A DNA stretch of 64,000 nucleotides from Candidatus Babeliales bacterium (GTDB taxonomy: Bacteria; Babelota; Babeliae; Babelales; JBFXEV01), in the NCBI GenBank assembly GCA_050179755.1, contig JBFXEV010000001.1, forward strand, positions 1,065,994 through 1,129,993, read 5' to 3'. The number at the start of each line of letters is the position of its first letter. The stretch's first letter is position 1. The notes under the pieces were generated by a model. That model was not told where the DNA came from, ran no database searches, and saw only the letters and a list, made by a program, of their open reading frames with translations. Both the position numbers and the translations under genes were made by a program. This document shows positions 36,193 to 47,243 of this stretch, piece by piece.

Positions 36193-37761
36193 ATGCAAAA
36201 GAGCATAATACGTATTGTAGGAGTGTTAGTTGTTTTATTATCATTGCCAAAAGCGCAAGCAATGTTTGCACTTGATGATGCGTTGTATCAAGCAGCAGCA
36301 CAAGGTGACGTTGCCAAGGTAAACGAGCGGATACAGGCTCATGTAAACATAAACGAGGTAGGCGTTAACAACGGTGATACTGCACTTCATCTTGCGGTGC
36401 GTAATGGACATCTGGCCGTCGTAAATGCTCTTCTTGATGTTAACGTAGATGTTGCTAAAGAAAACCATAAACGCGAAACTCCTTTGAGCATTGCGCGTGA
36501 TGCCTATATAAAAGCTGTGGAGGCTGGTGATTTAGATAAGCAACAAATCTATCTTGATATACTTAATGCGTTTTTAGGTAATAATACTGATACTGATCGA
36601 GATTTATTGCGTCACATAGTTCTTGAAAATATTCCAGGCATAAAAAGAGCGCTTAATCAGGGTGCAAATGCAAATTCACGTGGCAGAGGTCTGCATGGCA
36701 TGATGCCTGTTCATTATGTTATTGCTCATTATCCCGTTGATCGCGTTTTGCCCATGGTAAAACTATTGCTTGAAAAAAATGCAGATAAAAATCAGCAAGA
36801 TGATGATGGCATGACGCCACTTGCTCATGCTACTGTGCGGCGATTACAGGAAGTTGTAGAATACTTGTTAGCGCAAAAAGTAAATGTTGATCAAGCTGAT
36901 AAAACAGGTCAAACGCCCTTACATCATTATGCAGCTCGTGGTGATCTTGAAGGAGTTAATGCTTTGCTGAGTGCGCATGCCAATCCAAATGCTGTAGATC
37001 AATCCAACCAAACGCCGCTCTTTTTTGCTGCAATGCGTGGATATGATGCGGTAGTTGCTGCATTGCTTGCGGCTCAAGCCGATCCCAATGCACAAGCGTC
37101 GGCTTATGCCTATACACAAGATAAAAAAGGTTTGACGGTGGTACAAGTGGCACAAAATTCAAATATCGTTCGTATGCTTGTGGAAAAGGGCGCAAATCCG
37201 CATCAGTTTATGAATCCTACTACCCATGAAACATTATTGCATTATGCAGTAAAAACAGGCGATGCGCAGCTCGTACGCTTATTACTTGAGAAAAATGTTG
37301 ATGTAAATGCGCCAGATCACGTTCTGCGAACGCCCTTGCATTTTATAGTACAGTATGCGAATGTTGCAACTAAGCCAATCGTTTCACTTTTGCTTGCAAA
37401 AGGCGCAAATCCTACATTAGAAAATCTCACTGGTGAAACTCCGATTGATTTTGCACGGCGTGGGCAATTGGCGCTTGCAGGCCGTATACTATCCCGTGGT
37501 GAGTTAGAGCATGAAGATTACGATGCGCTTATTGATGAGCTCACTCATGCAAGTGCGCCTTTTGTTCAAACGGTAAAGACAACAAAACCGTTGCCAGAAA
37601 AGCCTGTAAAACCATTATCAACAAAACCGTTGCCCACTAAACCAACGCAATTGCCGGCAAGTACATGCCCAATAAAGCCAGCATCGCCTCCTGAGCTCCA
37701 AGACGTATTAGAAGATTTAGTACGTGCGCTCGAAAAATTGGAAGATCAAATACGTGCGTAA
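36193..37761 (+). CDS. Secreted ankyrin-repeat protein with Pro/Lys-rich linker and C-terminal amphipathic helix
   Basis: About 10 ANK repeats (GDTALHLA, GMTPLAHA, GQTPLHHY, QTPLFFAA, ETLLHYAV); signal ending KAQA-M. Confidence 0.93.
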   Translation: MQKSIIRIVGVLVVLLSLPKAQAMFALDDALYQAAAQGDVAKVNERIQAHVNINEVGVNNGDTALHLAVRNGHLAVVNALLDVNVDVAKENHKRETPLSIARDAYIKAVEAGDLDKQQIYLDILNAFLGNNTDTDRDLLRHIVLENIPGIKRALNQGANANSRGRGLHGMMPVHYVIAHYPVDRVLPMVKLLLEKNADKNQQDDDGMTPLAHATVRRLQEVVEYLLAQKVNVDQADKTGQTPLHHYAARGDLEGVNALLSAHANPNAVDQSNQTPLFFAAMRGYDAVVAALLAAQADPNAQASAYAYTQDKKGLTVVQVAQNSNIVRMLVEKGANPHQFMNPTTHETLLHYAVKTGDAQLVRLLLEKNVDVNAPDHVLRTPLHFIVQYANVATKPIVSLLLAKGANPTLENLTGETPIDFARRGQLALAGRILSRGELEHEDYDALIDELTHASAPFVQTVKTTKPLPEKPVKPLSTKPLPTKPTQLPASTCPIKPASPPELQDVLEDLVRALEKLEDQIRA

Positions 37762-37844
37762 ATGCTAGGCAAATAAAACAATTTTAATTATACTCCTAAG
37801 CAGTTCGTTTAAAAATATAAACAAAATTGCTTAGGAGTTTTTTC

Positions 37845-39116
37845 ATGTCACTGCTTGCGTATTTGCTAGAACATAATCGTTATATGAACTTGCTTGGCAT
37901 ATTCGTAATACTATTTATTGCATTTTTATTTTCAAAAAGACGCAGCGCCATAAATTATAAGTTAGTAGTAAGTGCGTTGATTTTGCAATGTGCAATTGGT
38001 TTTGCCATTTTACGGACTACTCTTGGTCAGCGCGTTGTTGATTATGTGGCCCATGGCGTGAATCGTTTATATCAATTTGCAGAAGTTGGCTCTGGATTTG
38101 TTTTTGGCAAATTAGCACAAGCAGATGGCCCGTGGGGGTTTGTGTTTGGTATTAAAGTGCTGCCCATAATTATCTTTTTTGGAGCATTAATGGCGCTGCT
38201 ATTCCATCTTGGCATTGTGCAACTGGTGGTGCGAGGTATCAGTTTTGTGGTGCGTCCTATCTTAGGAACGTCTGGTGCAGAAACGTTGTGCGCCATTTCA
38301 AATAGTTTTTTAGGTCAAACTGAAGCGCCTCTCTTGGTGCGCCCTTACTTAAAAAATATGACTAAATCAGAAATGTTGGTGGTTATGGTGAGTGGTATGG
38401 CAACAATTTCTGGTGCGATACTTGCAGTATTTGCTGCTATGGGTGTGCCTGCAGAACATTTATTAACAGCAAGTGTTATGTCTATCCCTGCATCATTGCT
38501 TATTGCAAAAATTTTGCTTCCGGAAACAGAAAAACCACTTACGGCTGGCGATGCTCCTGTTGCCTTTGAAAGATCAACTAGCAACGTTATTGATGCAGTT
38601 TCTGCAGGAACCTCAGATGGTATGTATCTGGCGTTAAATGTTGGTGCCATGTTAATTTCATTTTTATCTCTTCTTGCGCTCATTAATTTTTTCTTGGGTT
38701 GGGGCACCGAATATATTAATGGGTTCTTACATTTCTTAGGTTTGGCAGTGCAGCTGCCCGTACTTACACTTAATCTTATTTTTGCCTATGTGTTCGCACC
38801 ATTTGGCTATCTGTTGGGATTAACAGGCATGGAAGCACTGCAAGCTGGTGCACTTCTTGGCACTAAAGTTGCGGTGAATGAGCTTATTGCCTATGGTGAA
38901 ATGGTTGCAATGAATTTGTCCCCTCGTGCTGAAGCGTTACTTACCTATGCGCTGTGTGGTTTTTCTAATTTTTCCTGTATTGGCATTCAAGTGGGTGGTA
39001 TTGGCGCGCTTGTGCCAGAAAAACGTTCATGGCTTTGTGAGCTTGGTTTATATGCAGTTCTTGGTGGCGCGCTTTCTAATTTGCTTAATGCTATGATTGC
39101 GGGATTATTACTGTAA
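37845..39116 (+). CDS. nupC: Concentrative nucleoside transporter (CNT/NupC family)
   Basis: VLPIIIFF, FLGQTEAPLLVRPY, GMATISG, NELIAY, YALCGFSNFS. Confidence 0.95.
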   Translation: MSLLAYLLEHNRYMNLLGIFVILFIAFLFSKRRSAINYKLVVSALILQCAIGFAILRTTLGQRVVDYVAHGVNRLYQFAEVGSGFVFGKLAQADGPWGFVFGIKVLPIIIFFGALMALLFHLGIVQLVVRGISFVVRPILGTSGAETLCAISNSFLGQTEAPLLVRPYLKNMTKSEMLVVMVSGMATISGAILAVFAAMGVPAEHLLTASVMSIPASLLIAKILLPETEKPLTAGDAPVAFERSTSNVIDAVSAGTSDGMYLALNVGAMLISFLSLLALINFFLGWGTEYINGFLHFLGLAVQLPVLTLNLIFAYVFAPFGYLLGLTGMEALQAGALLGTKVAVNELIAYGEMVAMNLSPRAEALLTYALCGFSNFSCIGIQVGGIGALVPEKRSWLCELGLYAVLGGALSNLLNAMIAGLLL

Positions 39117-39125
39117 AGGCACAAC

Positions 39126-40994
39126 ATGAAAAAACAAAAGGTAGGTAGCATATGCATGTTGTTGTTACATGTTTCATGGAATTATGCTATGTACATGTCT
39201 GGCGAGCAGGCAAAAAGAATTGCACCACGTTTAGTGGCACGTGGTCAATTGGAGCAAGTTGAAGAGCCAGCTAATTTTAATACATTCAATGGCTATTGGT
39301 TTAAAGCTGAATTGCTAGAGCATCCGGCCATACAAAGGCTTGAGCAACTTGATCAAGTAGTGAAAGATGCGGCGTTAGGTGTTGTGGGTGATCTTTCAAC
39401 AAGGGGAAAGAAGTATCTTGCAGCTTGCGCAATGGCAGCTGGGGCAAATCATGAACAAACATGTGGAAAATTAGTTTCATGGCTTTCTGAAGCAATAGAA
39501 AGAGATGATATTAATTTTGTGGCGACTATGGCGCCTTTTAAGCCTAATCCAAACCGGCGTGAAATGTGCTATAAAGAATCATTTGCGCAAGTGCCACTTT
39601 TTGCGACACCTCGTGTGTTTACCGCAGAAAGAATAGCGCATCATATGGAAATCCCTCTTTTTTTCAAGGTGCAAAGCCCGCAAATGGCTTTATGGCTTTG
39701 GACGCTTAATGCTGATTACACGCAGCGAGGTGGTATAGATGATGGGACGGTGCTTCATCATCTGTGCTCGTTTCCGCCAGAACGGCATAGCGATGCTGCT
39801 GCATTATGCGCATTTTATTTAAAAAAAGGTGCTGATCCCCACGCAGTAGATGCTGTTGGTCGTCTGCCCTTACATTGTATTGCACGTCGCGTGAATAATC
39901 TGAATATCGAGCAATTATTGCCATGTATGCTTCTTATGCTGCGCGCAGGTGCTGATACTGGCCGAAAGGATAATCATGGCATGTCATTTGAAGATTATAT
40001 GCAACGAAGCTTATATAATTCAATTAGTAGTCGAATACAAATTAATGTACTCAATGCATATCAAGAATCGCGAGACAAAAACAAATGCGGGCGAGCTGAA
40101 TACTATACATCATATGAGTCAGATTTGCTGAAAGCAGAAGAGCCTGCATGCTATTGTGAGTGCCTGGAGACTGAACAAACAAGTGAAAGCAAAGACTTAG
40201 ATTTTTTGCGTAGTTGCATAGTAAAAGCGGCTGAAAAGCCATTAGAAAAACGGGTTAATTTTAATTGTAGGGAACTCCAGCAACACCCTGCACTTTCACA
40301 TTGGCGGCCCCTGTTGTTATCTGGCAAGAATTTGGAAGAGCTTTTGCCAGATATGAGGGTAGAAATTTGGCAAGCGGTTGTGGCTTCATTGCTTGATTAT
40401 AATGTGGGACGCACACTTGCCGCATTTTTTGCCATTATTTTGCGTGATGATGCATTTTTGGCACTTGGCGATGCTAACATAGTCATGGAAGATGACTATG
40501 ATGTGACTTCATTCATGTTCCAACATGTCAAACCAAAACCAGATGAATTTTGCACGTGTTTGTCTGCTCGCACTCTGCCTATGGCCAAGCTTTTAAAACG
40601 ATATGGGTATTATACACAATTCGTTGACGCACAAGAGAACACGCCATTTCATTATTTTGCGCGCCATGGCAAGTTGGTAGAGCCCGGACTTATTGATTTT
40701 TATGTAAAAGAAAATGTTGATCCCTGCGCTAAGAACAGTGAGGATCAAACAGCAGCGGACCTATTGGTAGAATATAGTTATCGTTTTGATGGACATGAAG
40801 AAAAATTAGCGGCATTTTTGACCATGTTAAAATTGCATGGTGCAGTGTCTAAACGTGCACATGAAAAAACTGGCAAAACGCTATTAGAAGCTGCGCAAGA
40901 GGCACATAGCGTGTGGGAATTGCCATGCACCGCGTTGGTTGTTACTATGTTGCAAGAATTAGACGGCGAAAAAGAGCAGATTACCAAATTATGA
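39126..40994 (+). CDS. Secreted ankyrin-like protein with two homologous modules
   Basis: DGTVLHHL, GRLPLHCI, ENTPFHYF; each module begins F...EL..HPA(I/L); signal ending WNYA-M. Confidence 0.8.
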   Translation: MKKQKVGSICMLLLHVSWNYAMYMSGEQAKRIAPRLVARGQLEQVEEPANFNTFNGYWFKAELLEHPAIQRLEQLDQVVKDAALGVVGDLSTRGKKYLAACAMAAGANHEQTCGKLVSWLSEAIERDDINFVATMAPFKPNPNRREMCYKESFAQVPLFATPRVFTAERIAHHMEIPLFFKVQSPQMALWLWTLNADYTQRGGIDDGTVLHHLCSFPPERHSDAAALCAFYLKKGADPHAVDAVGRLPLHCIARRVNNLNIEQLLPCMLLMLRAGADTGRKDNHGMSFEDYMQRSLYNSISSRIQINVLNAYQESRDKNKCGRAEYYTSYESDLLKAEEPACYCECLETEQTSESKDLDFLRSCIVKAAEKPLEKRVNFNCRELQQHPALSHWRPLLLSGKNLEELLPDMRVEIWQAVVASLLDYNVGRTLAAFFAIILRDDAFLALGDANIVMEDDYDVTSFMFQHVKPKPDEFCTCLSARTLPMAKLLKRYGYYTQFVDAQENTPFHYFARHGKLVEPGLIDFYVKENVDPCAKNSEDQTAADLLVEYSYRFDGHEEKLAAFLTMLKLHGAVSKRAHEKTGKTLLEAAQEAHSVWELPCTALVVTMLQELDGEKEQITKL

Positions 40995-41082
40995 AAGTGA
41001 TACTAATGAGAATCGCTCGTAAGGTTATAAGCTTGTTTTGGGGCTATGAGAAAGTTTTGATAGCAAGGTCTGAAGGAAAACA

Positions 41083-41568
41083 ATGACGCAAGAACAAAAA
41101 TTGTATGAGCTATTTGATGAACTTGGCATAGCATATACAATCTACGAGCACGAGGCTTTATTCACCGTTGATCAAGCCCAAGAAGCAGAAAAAAATATTC
41201 CGGGAACGCATTGCAAAAATCTTTTTCTAAAAGATGATAAAAAGCGATTTTGGCTTTTAGTAGCCTATAATAGAGCAGCAGTTGATTTACGCAAGATTGC
41301 ACATGCTCTTAATGCAAAGGGGCTACGTTTTGCGCAACCAGAATTATTGGATCAATACTTGGGATTAAAGCCTGGTTCGGTAACTCCGTTTGGCTTAATT
41401 AATGATACTGAGCGTGCAGTGCATGTAATTCTTGATGAAAATTTGTTGAAGTCTGAGTTAGTGGGCTTTCATCCACTCAGGAACACCGCAACGGTTACGT
41501 TAATGCCACAAGATTTGCTAAAATTTTTGAAGCATCAAGGTAATGCTCTCTCGGTGTATACGTTATAG
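41083..41568 (+). CDS. ProXp-ala/PrdX (YbaK-like) tRNA editing deacylase
   Basis: HEALFTV, KNLFLKD, PGSVTPFGLIND, FHPLRNTAT. Confidence 0.92.
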   Translation: MTQEQKLYELFDELGIAYTIYEHEALFTVDQAQEAEKNIPGTHCKNLFLKDDKKRFWLLVAYNRAAVDLRKIAHALNAKGLRFAQPELLDQYLGLKPGSVTPFGLINDTERAVHVILDENLLKSELVGFHPLRNTATVTLMPQDLLKFLKHQGNALSVYTL

Positions 41569-41593
41569 TGTGTTGGTAGTTTAAGGAATAATT

Positions 41594-42433
41594 ATGAGAA
41601 AATTATGTATCCTTGTGTTATTGATTTTTGGGGTGATGCATGCAATGGACCATGAAGAACCGCAAGGATCGTCTTATCAAGAAGAGAAAACCTCTGAATT
41701 CAATAATCCTCTGTATGGACTCAAATGGGTTCGAGGCTGCCATGAGCAAAAGCTGCGTGAAAAATTAGACGCAGACTCGTTCCAACAAATGCTTGCTTGC
41801 CCGCGTATTATGCGCGATTCCGGATATGGAAAACTAAAAGATTGTATTGAACGTCATGATACAAAGCGCGTAGCGCAATTATTAGTGGCAGGTTGTGATC
41901 CTGATGGCAGTAGATCTCTTTTTGAAGATAAAAAGTTACAGATATATCTTGACGGTGTTGAAATGAAAGAGCCTGAGCAAGCTCCTGTGCCATCCCCCTT
42001 ATTTTTGGCATGTCAAAAAGGCGCTGTTCACTGTGCACGGCTGCTTCTTAAGCATGGTGCAGATCCTGATGGTCCGGGTCTTTTTAAGCGAACTCCTTTG
42101 CATGCAGTGTGTACGCACCCACTTTCTTTTTTAGAGTCAAGTCGTGAGCTTGTTATGTTGTTATTAGCGTTTGGTGCTACTATAGAAGCGCGTGATATTA
42201 GTGAACAAACTGCGGTTGATTGTGCCGATGGAAATCCTGATTTCTTACAATTTTTACGTGCAAGTATAGAAGAAGCTAAGAAAGTGCCATTTGATGTTCT
42301 TACGCACAGAGCACAAAAAAAGAAAGAGCGGGAGGCAATAATTAGAGAACTAATAGAGAAGTGGCAAAAAGATTCTCATAGCAGTTTTGGTTGCAGCAGT
42401 TCAGGCGGTGGTATGCGTGCACTATTAATGTAA
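41594..42433 (+). CDS. Secreted ankyrin-repeat protein
   Basis: SPLFLAC..G...ARLLLKHGADP, RTPLHAV; signal ending VMHA-M. Confidence 0.88.
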   Translation: MRKLCILVLLIFGVMHAMDHEEPQGSSYQEEKTSEFNNPLYGLKWVRGCHEQKLREKLDADSFQQMLACPRIMRDSGYGKLKDCIERHDTKRVAQLLVAGCDPDGSRSLFEDKKLQIYLDGVEMKEPEQAPVPSPLFLACQKGAVHCARLLLKHGADPDGPGLFKRTPLHAVCTHPLSFLESSRELVMLLLAFGATIEARDISEQTAVDCADGNPDFLQFLRASIEEAKKVPFDVLTHRAQKKKEREAIIRELIEKWQKDSHSSFGCSSSGGGMRALLM

Positions 42434-42524
42434 TTAAAGAGTAATTATGTATTCTTGCGCAATGTCTTGTGGTCATGTTACGCTGGTGATGTGGGGTATA
42501 CAGTTATAAAAAGGGAGGCATGTA

Positions 42525-42731
42525 ATGAAGAAAGCACTTTTATTTTTGATGGTGGCTGCGTTATTGATTGTAGGTTTATTAAAAATAACGCGAGCATTTA
42601 ATGTTGAGCATAAGATCAAGCAAGATGTTAAACCTTGGTTGGTGCAATCGCAAGATAATCGTGATCCAAAGGATGTAAATTCCAGTGCCGAATCGCGCAA
42701 GCGGCGGAGAGAAGATCAATTACAACGATAG
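42525..42731 (+). CDS. Small exported hypothetical protein
   Basis: GGGAGG RBS, MKK + hydrophobic segment. Confidence 0.65.
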   Translation: MKKALLFLMVAALLIVGLLKITRAFNVEHKIKQDVKPWLVQSQDNRDPKDVNSSAESRKRRREDQLQR

Positions 42732-42849
42732 TTACATGTTTTAATTAAAGATTTTTATCTTTGAGTGATATTGTTTAAATTATTTGGTGAGCTATTCTTT
42801 TACGGGGTAGCTCGTTTTTTTATGTAAGATATTTTTTTTAGGTATAATT

Positions 42850-44091
42850 ATGCAGAAACGGTTTTTATTTATCGTAGCACATACGCTTTTTTTTGTTGTA
42901 CGTTCAATGGATAATCCAGTAGATCCAGCAGTTCTGGAAATGCATACAGGTATCGCAAAATTAGAAGTCGATCGCGTTAAACATGCGTTAGCACAGGGTG
43001 CAGATGTGTGGGCGGTCGATGAGAGAGGTGATACTTTTTTGCATCATATTGTATATCGTGCCGAGCGGTGCAATGAGCAGCAGCAGCAAGAACTTGTAAT
43101 TCCTATAATGCAGGTACTGCTCGATGCTGGAGCACTTGTAAATGCTGTAAATAGTATAGGAGTTGTTCCTTTGCATGCGGCAGTATATCAAGACGCAAAG
43201 TACATTATAGATTGCCTGCGTAAGCAAGGCGCAGACGATACGATAAAAGACAACCAGGGGCGAGGATTGCTTGATATCAGCTTACATGGTTGGAAGTGCC
43301 GTCGCTTGCTTACTGCTGCTAGTATTGAGGAAATGCAACAACTTTTAGAAGAGGGTGCAAATCCTGACGGCGCGCGTAATAGGCAAGGATTTGCATTACA
43401 TCATGCAGTGCAAAAGTTGGATTGGGAAAAAGTTCAATTACTGTTGTATCATGGTGCAAACGCAAATGCGCAAGCAGCTGGTGGCAAAACACCACTGCAT
43501 CATTTAGTTGAAGTAACTTCTCTTTATTGTGAGCAGGAGGGAGAGGTATTTGACCTGGCTCAATTGCTTGTGGAATATGCAGCAGACGTAGATGCAGTAG
43601 ATGTGTTTGGTAATGCTGCATTACATTTTGCAGCAGAAAAAATGTTAGGAAATTGGCTTATTTTTTTGTTGCTTCATAACGCACGTTTAGTCGTTAAAAA
43701 TAAAGCAGGGCAGACGCCTTTGCATTGTTTATTTCAAAATAATATGTTAAACAAGAATCAACGCGGATTTGTACAAAATATTTTGCTAATTGCTGCCCGT
43801 AATCAAATCAAAGCGATTGTGCCTCAAGAATATTCATTCGATGAGCTCGTTGCAATTTTTTTGGAAACAATAAGAGCATCAGTGGGCACAGGAGATGCGA
43901 GCGGCAGAACTTTGATGCAGCTTAGTAACAGTAATAGTATCTCTTCTTTGGTTGATCCATGTTTAATTACAGAAAATTTTTATGATGATGCCGTAACTTT
44001 TTGTGCGGGCCTTAGGCAAGATCATGTGCATGATGTTGCTTTTAAGAGTCGCAAAGATCAAAAATTAAAGCCACTGCGCAAGTCAAGGTAA
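42850..44091 (+). CDS. Secreted ankyrin-repeat protein
   Basis: GDTFLHH, VVPLHAAV, GKTPLHH, GNAALHFA, GQTPLHC; signal ending VVRS-M. Confidence 0.9.
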   Translation: MQKRFLFIVAHTLFFVVRSMDNPVDPAVLEMHTGIAKLEVDRVKHALAQGADVWAVDERGDTFLHHIVYRAERCNEQQQQELVIPIMQVLLDAGALVNAVNSIGVVPLHAAVYQDAKYIIDCLRKQGADDTIKDNQGRGLLDISLHGWKCRRLLTAASIEEMQQLLEEGANPDGARNRQGFALHHAVQKLDWEKVQLLLYHGANANAQAAGGKTPLHHLVEVTSLYCEQEGEVFDLAQLLVEYAADVDAVDVFGNAALHFAAEKMLGNWLIFLLLHNARLVVKNKAGQTPLHCLFQNNMLNKNQRGFVQNILLIAARNQIKAIVPQEYSFDELVAIFLETIRASVGTGDASGRTLMQLSNSNSISSLVDPCLITENFYDDAVTFCAGLRQDHVHDVAFKSRKDQKLKPLRKSR

Positions 44092-44096
44092 TGATA

Positions 44097-44720
44097 TTAA
44101 GTAATTTGGGTGACTTGTATACCTTTGCCAAGTCTTTCTAAAAGCTGTTGTACGGCAGCAGCATTTTGGCATCTAATAGCGAGTTGTGGCCGATTCTGTG
44201 CAAGCCGTGCGCCATGCTTCAGCAACCATTCTATCATGGCAAGTTGTTTAATTTGATCTATGCCGGGTAGCCCTTTCAACGCACATTCAAGTGGCGTCAT
44301 GCCAAAAGGTGTTTCATGATTAAGTTCAGCCCCTGCGTCTTGTAATGCTTGTGCCATTGCAATATTGCCTGATCGTGCAGCTTTAAAAATTGGTGTTTCG
44401 CCTAAATAATTACGCGCATTGGCATCTGCTTTTAGAGCGAGCAGGTGCGTTACAACTATCAATCGTTCTTGCGCTGCTGCTTGATGCAACGGAGGAGATG
44501 CATGGCCATGTTGCGTAATATCAGCAAACGTGGCAAGTCTGGTAATCTCAGTAAGATCGCCTTTTGCAATAGCTGGAATAAGTGCATACTGCGCGTCAGT
44601 TTTTATAGGAAAATCAAATATAGTTTTTTTGGTACCATATGTTGCTGGGTGGTCATACATGCCAATTAGATTACATGCGTAGAATATGAGTGTGCTTAGC
44701 AAGAGTGTATGTACAAACAT
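44097..44720 (-). CDS. Secreted ankyrin-repeat protein
   Basis: PPLHQAA, GETPIFKAA, GMTPLECA; signal ending NLIG-M. Confidence 0.88.
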   Translation of the reverse strand: MFVHTLLLSTLIFYACNLIGMYDHPATYGTKKTIFDFPIKTDAQYALIPAIAKGDLTEITRLATFADITQHGHASPPLHQAAAQERLIVVTHLLALKADANARNYLGETPIFKAARSGNIAMAQALQDAGAELNHETPFGMTPLECALKGLPGIDQIKQLAMIEWLLKHGARLAQNRPQLAIRCQNAAAVQQLLERLGKGIQVTQIT

Positions 44721-44935
44721 AATAAGGATTCCTTGTGGTAATGCTGGTTGCTTGTAGCAGATACTATAGCACACTAAAAATGTAAGTATACCATGTATAA
44801 TTGTTGGAATTGTGCGTGCTCGTAGTACGCATCTTTTATGTGTTATATTTGCTAATAGTCAACGTTTGTATATACTATGTAAGGTACTTTTGTAGGGCAA
44901 GAGGCACTGTTATAAAATTGTCTTGATGGAATCGC

Positions 44936-45499
44936 ATGCAAAAATTTATATTTCTCCTTTTATGGGCACAGCTGGCGAGCGTTTTTTTTGGGTCTGCTAT
45001 GCAGTCAATAAAAGCAATGAGCCGTTCAGCTTCTCAGCCTAGCATGATACGTAAATCTCCTATTCCTAAAGGTCAAATAAATAAGCCCGATAACGAAGGG
45101 AACGCTCGGCTGCATCTTGCCGTGTTAGATGGTAATTCAATGAGAGCAAAAGAATTGCTAACAGAAGAAGCAGAAGAAGCTAATCCAAATGTAGAACAAT
45201 CGCTCAGTAAAAGAACACCTTTGCATTTAGCTGCTAATCATAAAACTAAGCCAAAAAAATCTTTGAACATTGCTAAGTTATTGCTATTTCATGGTGCAAC
45301 AGTTGATCCGGTAGATAGTAAAAAAAGAACGCCATTGCATTATGCTTGCAGAAGAGGCAGAAGAGAAATGGTCTTTTTGTTGCTTTCAGCGGGCGCAAAA
45401 ACTGACGTTATAGATATCGTTGGAAAAACCCCCCGAGATCTTGATGAAAGCCAATTAATCAGGGCGTATGAAGAGTCATTGACCAAGCAAGAAAAGTAA
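44936..45499 (+). CDS. Secreted ankyrin-repeat protein
   Basis: GNARLHLAV, RTPLHLAA, RTPLHYAC. Confidence 0.9.
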   Translation: MQKFIFLLLWAQLASVFFGSAMQSIKAMSRSASQPSMIRKSPIPKGQINKPDNEGNARLHLAVLDGNSMRAKELLTEEAEEANPNVEQSLSKRTPLHLAANHKTKPKKSLNIAKLLLFHGATVDPVDSKKRTPLHYACRRGRREMVFLLLSAGAKTDVIDIVGKTPRDLDESQLIRAYEESLTKQEK

Positions 45500-45790
45500 T
45501 ATAAGGGCAAGCGATTTTTGCGTAATGATGCCTTAGCGAAGAGTAAAATTGTTAATGCTAGTACGGTAAATGAATAACTGAGCAAAGTTGTGGTTTAAAA
45601 ATAACGTTCTTGCACTTAGAATTCTTCACACCATTTTCCCAAAACCCTCTACTTACATCAGTAAATTTGATATGTCATCAAGCAATAATTGTCTAATTGT
45701 AACTTTTTGTGAAAATGGGTACGTTAACCAAAAAGCCATTCTTTGGTACTCTTATACTATTGAGCATCCATTAAAGAATAAGGGGTATCT

Positions 45791-46396
45791 ATGGTTTCTA
45801 AAATTCGTGTGAAAAATTCAACAACGTTCTTAGTTCTTTCGTTAGTGATTCTAGCAGGTATGGTGGCTTCTCGTACCGTTTCCTTTAATGGTAATTGTGG
45901 TGCGATTAATACCTGCGCTGAAGGCAGACCATTTTCTTTTTCAGGTTCTGCAAAGATAGCAGACAAAACAATACCGTCTTTGAGTGGCGCGGGATCGGCA
46001 ACACTTAAAGATGTTATCGTGCAAGGTGCAGCCAAGCACAGTGGTTCGTTCAAGGCCGAAGGCGGCAGTTTTGGTAGCTTAAAAGTCAGTGGCGCTGTAA
46101 CGCTTAGTGAAACGTCTGTTGCAGGAAAAACAAAAATATCAGGTTGTCTTGATGGCAAAAAGACTACCTTTGCTGCTATTGAAATTGCTTCGAATAAAAG
46201 TGTTTTAACTGAATGTACTGCGGCTTCTATTGCCGTAAAGGCTTCTAGTTGGCCTATCGTTTCACCAATACTTGAATTAGATGGCACTACAGTTCTTGGT
46301 GATATTACTTTTGAAGGCACTGAAGGCCAAGTTATCATGCGCAATGGTGCTGTTGTTAAAGGTAACATAAGCAACGGAGTAATTGTTCAGGGTTAA
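45791..46396 (+). CDS. Membrane-anchored beta-solenoid (bactofilin-like) protein
   Basis: N-terminal TM then (I/V)xGx repeats, ending GAVVKGNISNG; paralog at 47244. Confidence 0.65.
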   Translation: MVSKIRVKNSTTFLVLSLVILAGMVASRTVSFNGNCGAINTCAEGRPFSFSGSAKIADKTIPSLSGAGSATLKDVIVQGAAKHSGSFKAEGGSFGSLKVSGAVTLSETSVAGKTKISGCLDGKKTTFAAIEIASNKSVLTECTAASIAVKASSWPIVSPILELDGTTVLGDITFEGTEGQVIMRNGAVVKGNISNGVIVQG

Positions 46397-46520
46397 TGCG
46401 TAGAGCGTAGCCTAGCCAGGATAATAGATTAAAATAATAACGTCTTGTGCAAAATGTTTGAGCGAGCTATTCTTAAATTGAATAGTTCGCTTTTTTAATT
46501 GTGTAAAAGGAGATAAGCAT

Positions 46521-47225
46521 ATGAAAATAGCCTTAGTGGTGTTGATGCTTAGCGTATGTGGTAGTGCGTATAGCATGAAAGATAGCATAAATAAAAGGAG
46601 CCCACTTTTTGATGCAATTGATAAGGGGCAAGCAGAGCAAGTAAAAGAATCAGCTAAAAATCGTGATTTATTGGAGGAAAAGGATGATATTGGGCGTACT
46701 CCTTTGCAGTACGCAGTCTGTGTTTATCCCGAAAAATTGGCGATCGTTAGCGCACTTCTTGAATGTGGCGCAAATGTTAATAGTAAAGACCTTAATGGCT
46801 ATACTGTGTTGCATTTTGTTGAATTGGAAGATCTTGCACGATTGCTTCTTGATCATGGAGCGCAGTTGCTGTCCGATGGTTTTGGCAATACGCCAGTTCA
46901 TAGTGCGGCCTGGGCAGGTCATACTGGCATTGTTCGCGTATTGCTTACCCATGTTACACCGGCAGATATTCCTGCAGATAGTCACAAGGCCCAAAAGAAA
47001 GAGGTTATAGAGAATATAATCAAAAGAAAATTAGAAGCTGCACGGCATTGGCTTGCAACAGGCAATATGTTTAGTGAAAATCCACATGCTTATGCAGGAT
47101 CACGCGGCGCCATTTCTTTTGGAGGAGAATCTGAACTGTCTCGTTTGATTGATGGTGCGCATATAGAGGGACTGAGAGAATGCATCCGGCAAAGTGCAAG
47201 TAAGGTTTTAAGTAAAAGAAATTGA
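46521..47225 (+). CDS. Secreted ankyrin-repeat protein
   Basis: GRTPLQYAV, GYTVLHF, GNTPVHSAA; signal ending SAYS-M. Confidence 0.9.
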   Translation: MKIALVVLMLSVCGSAYSMKDSINKRSPLFDAIDKGQAEQVKESAKNRDLLEEKDDIGRTPLQYAVCVYPEKLAIVSALLECGANVNSKDLNGYTVLHFVELEDLARLLLDHGAQLLSDGFGNTPVHSAAWAGHTGIVRVLLTHVTPADIPADSHKAQKKEVIENIIKRKLEAARHWLATGNMFSENPHAYAGSRGAISFGGESELSRLIDGAHIEGLRECIRQSASKVLSKRN

Positions 47226-47243
47226 AGCAATTAAAGGATAATC

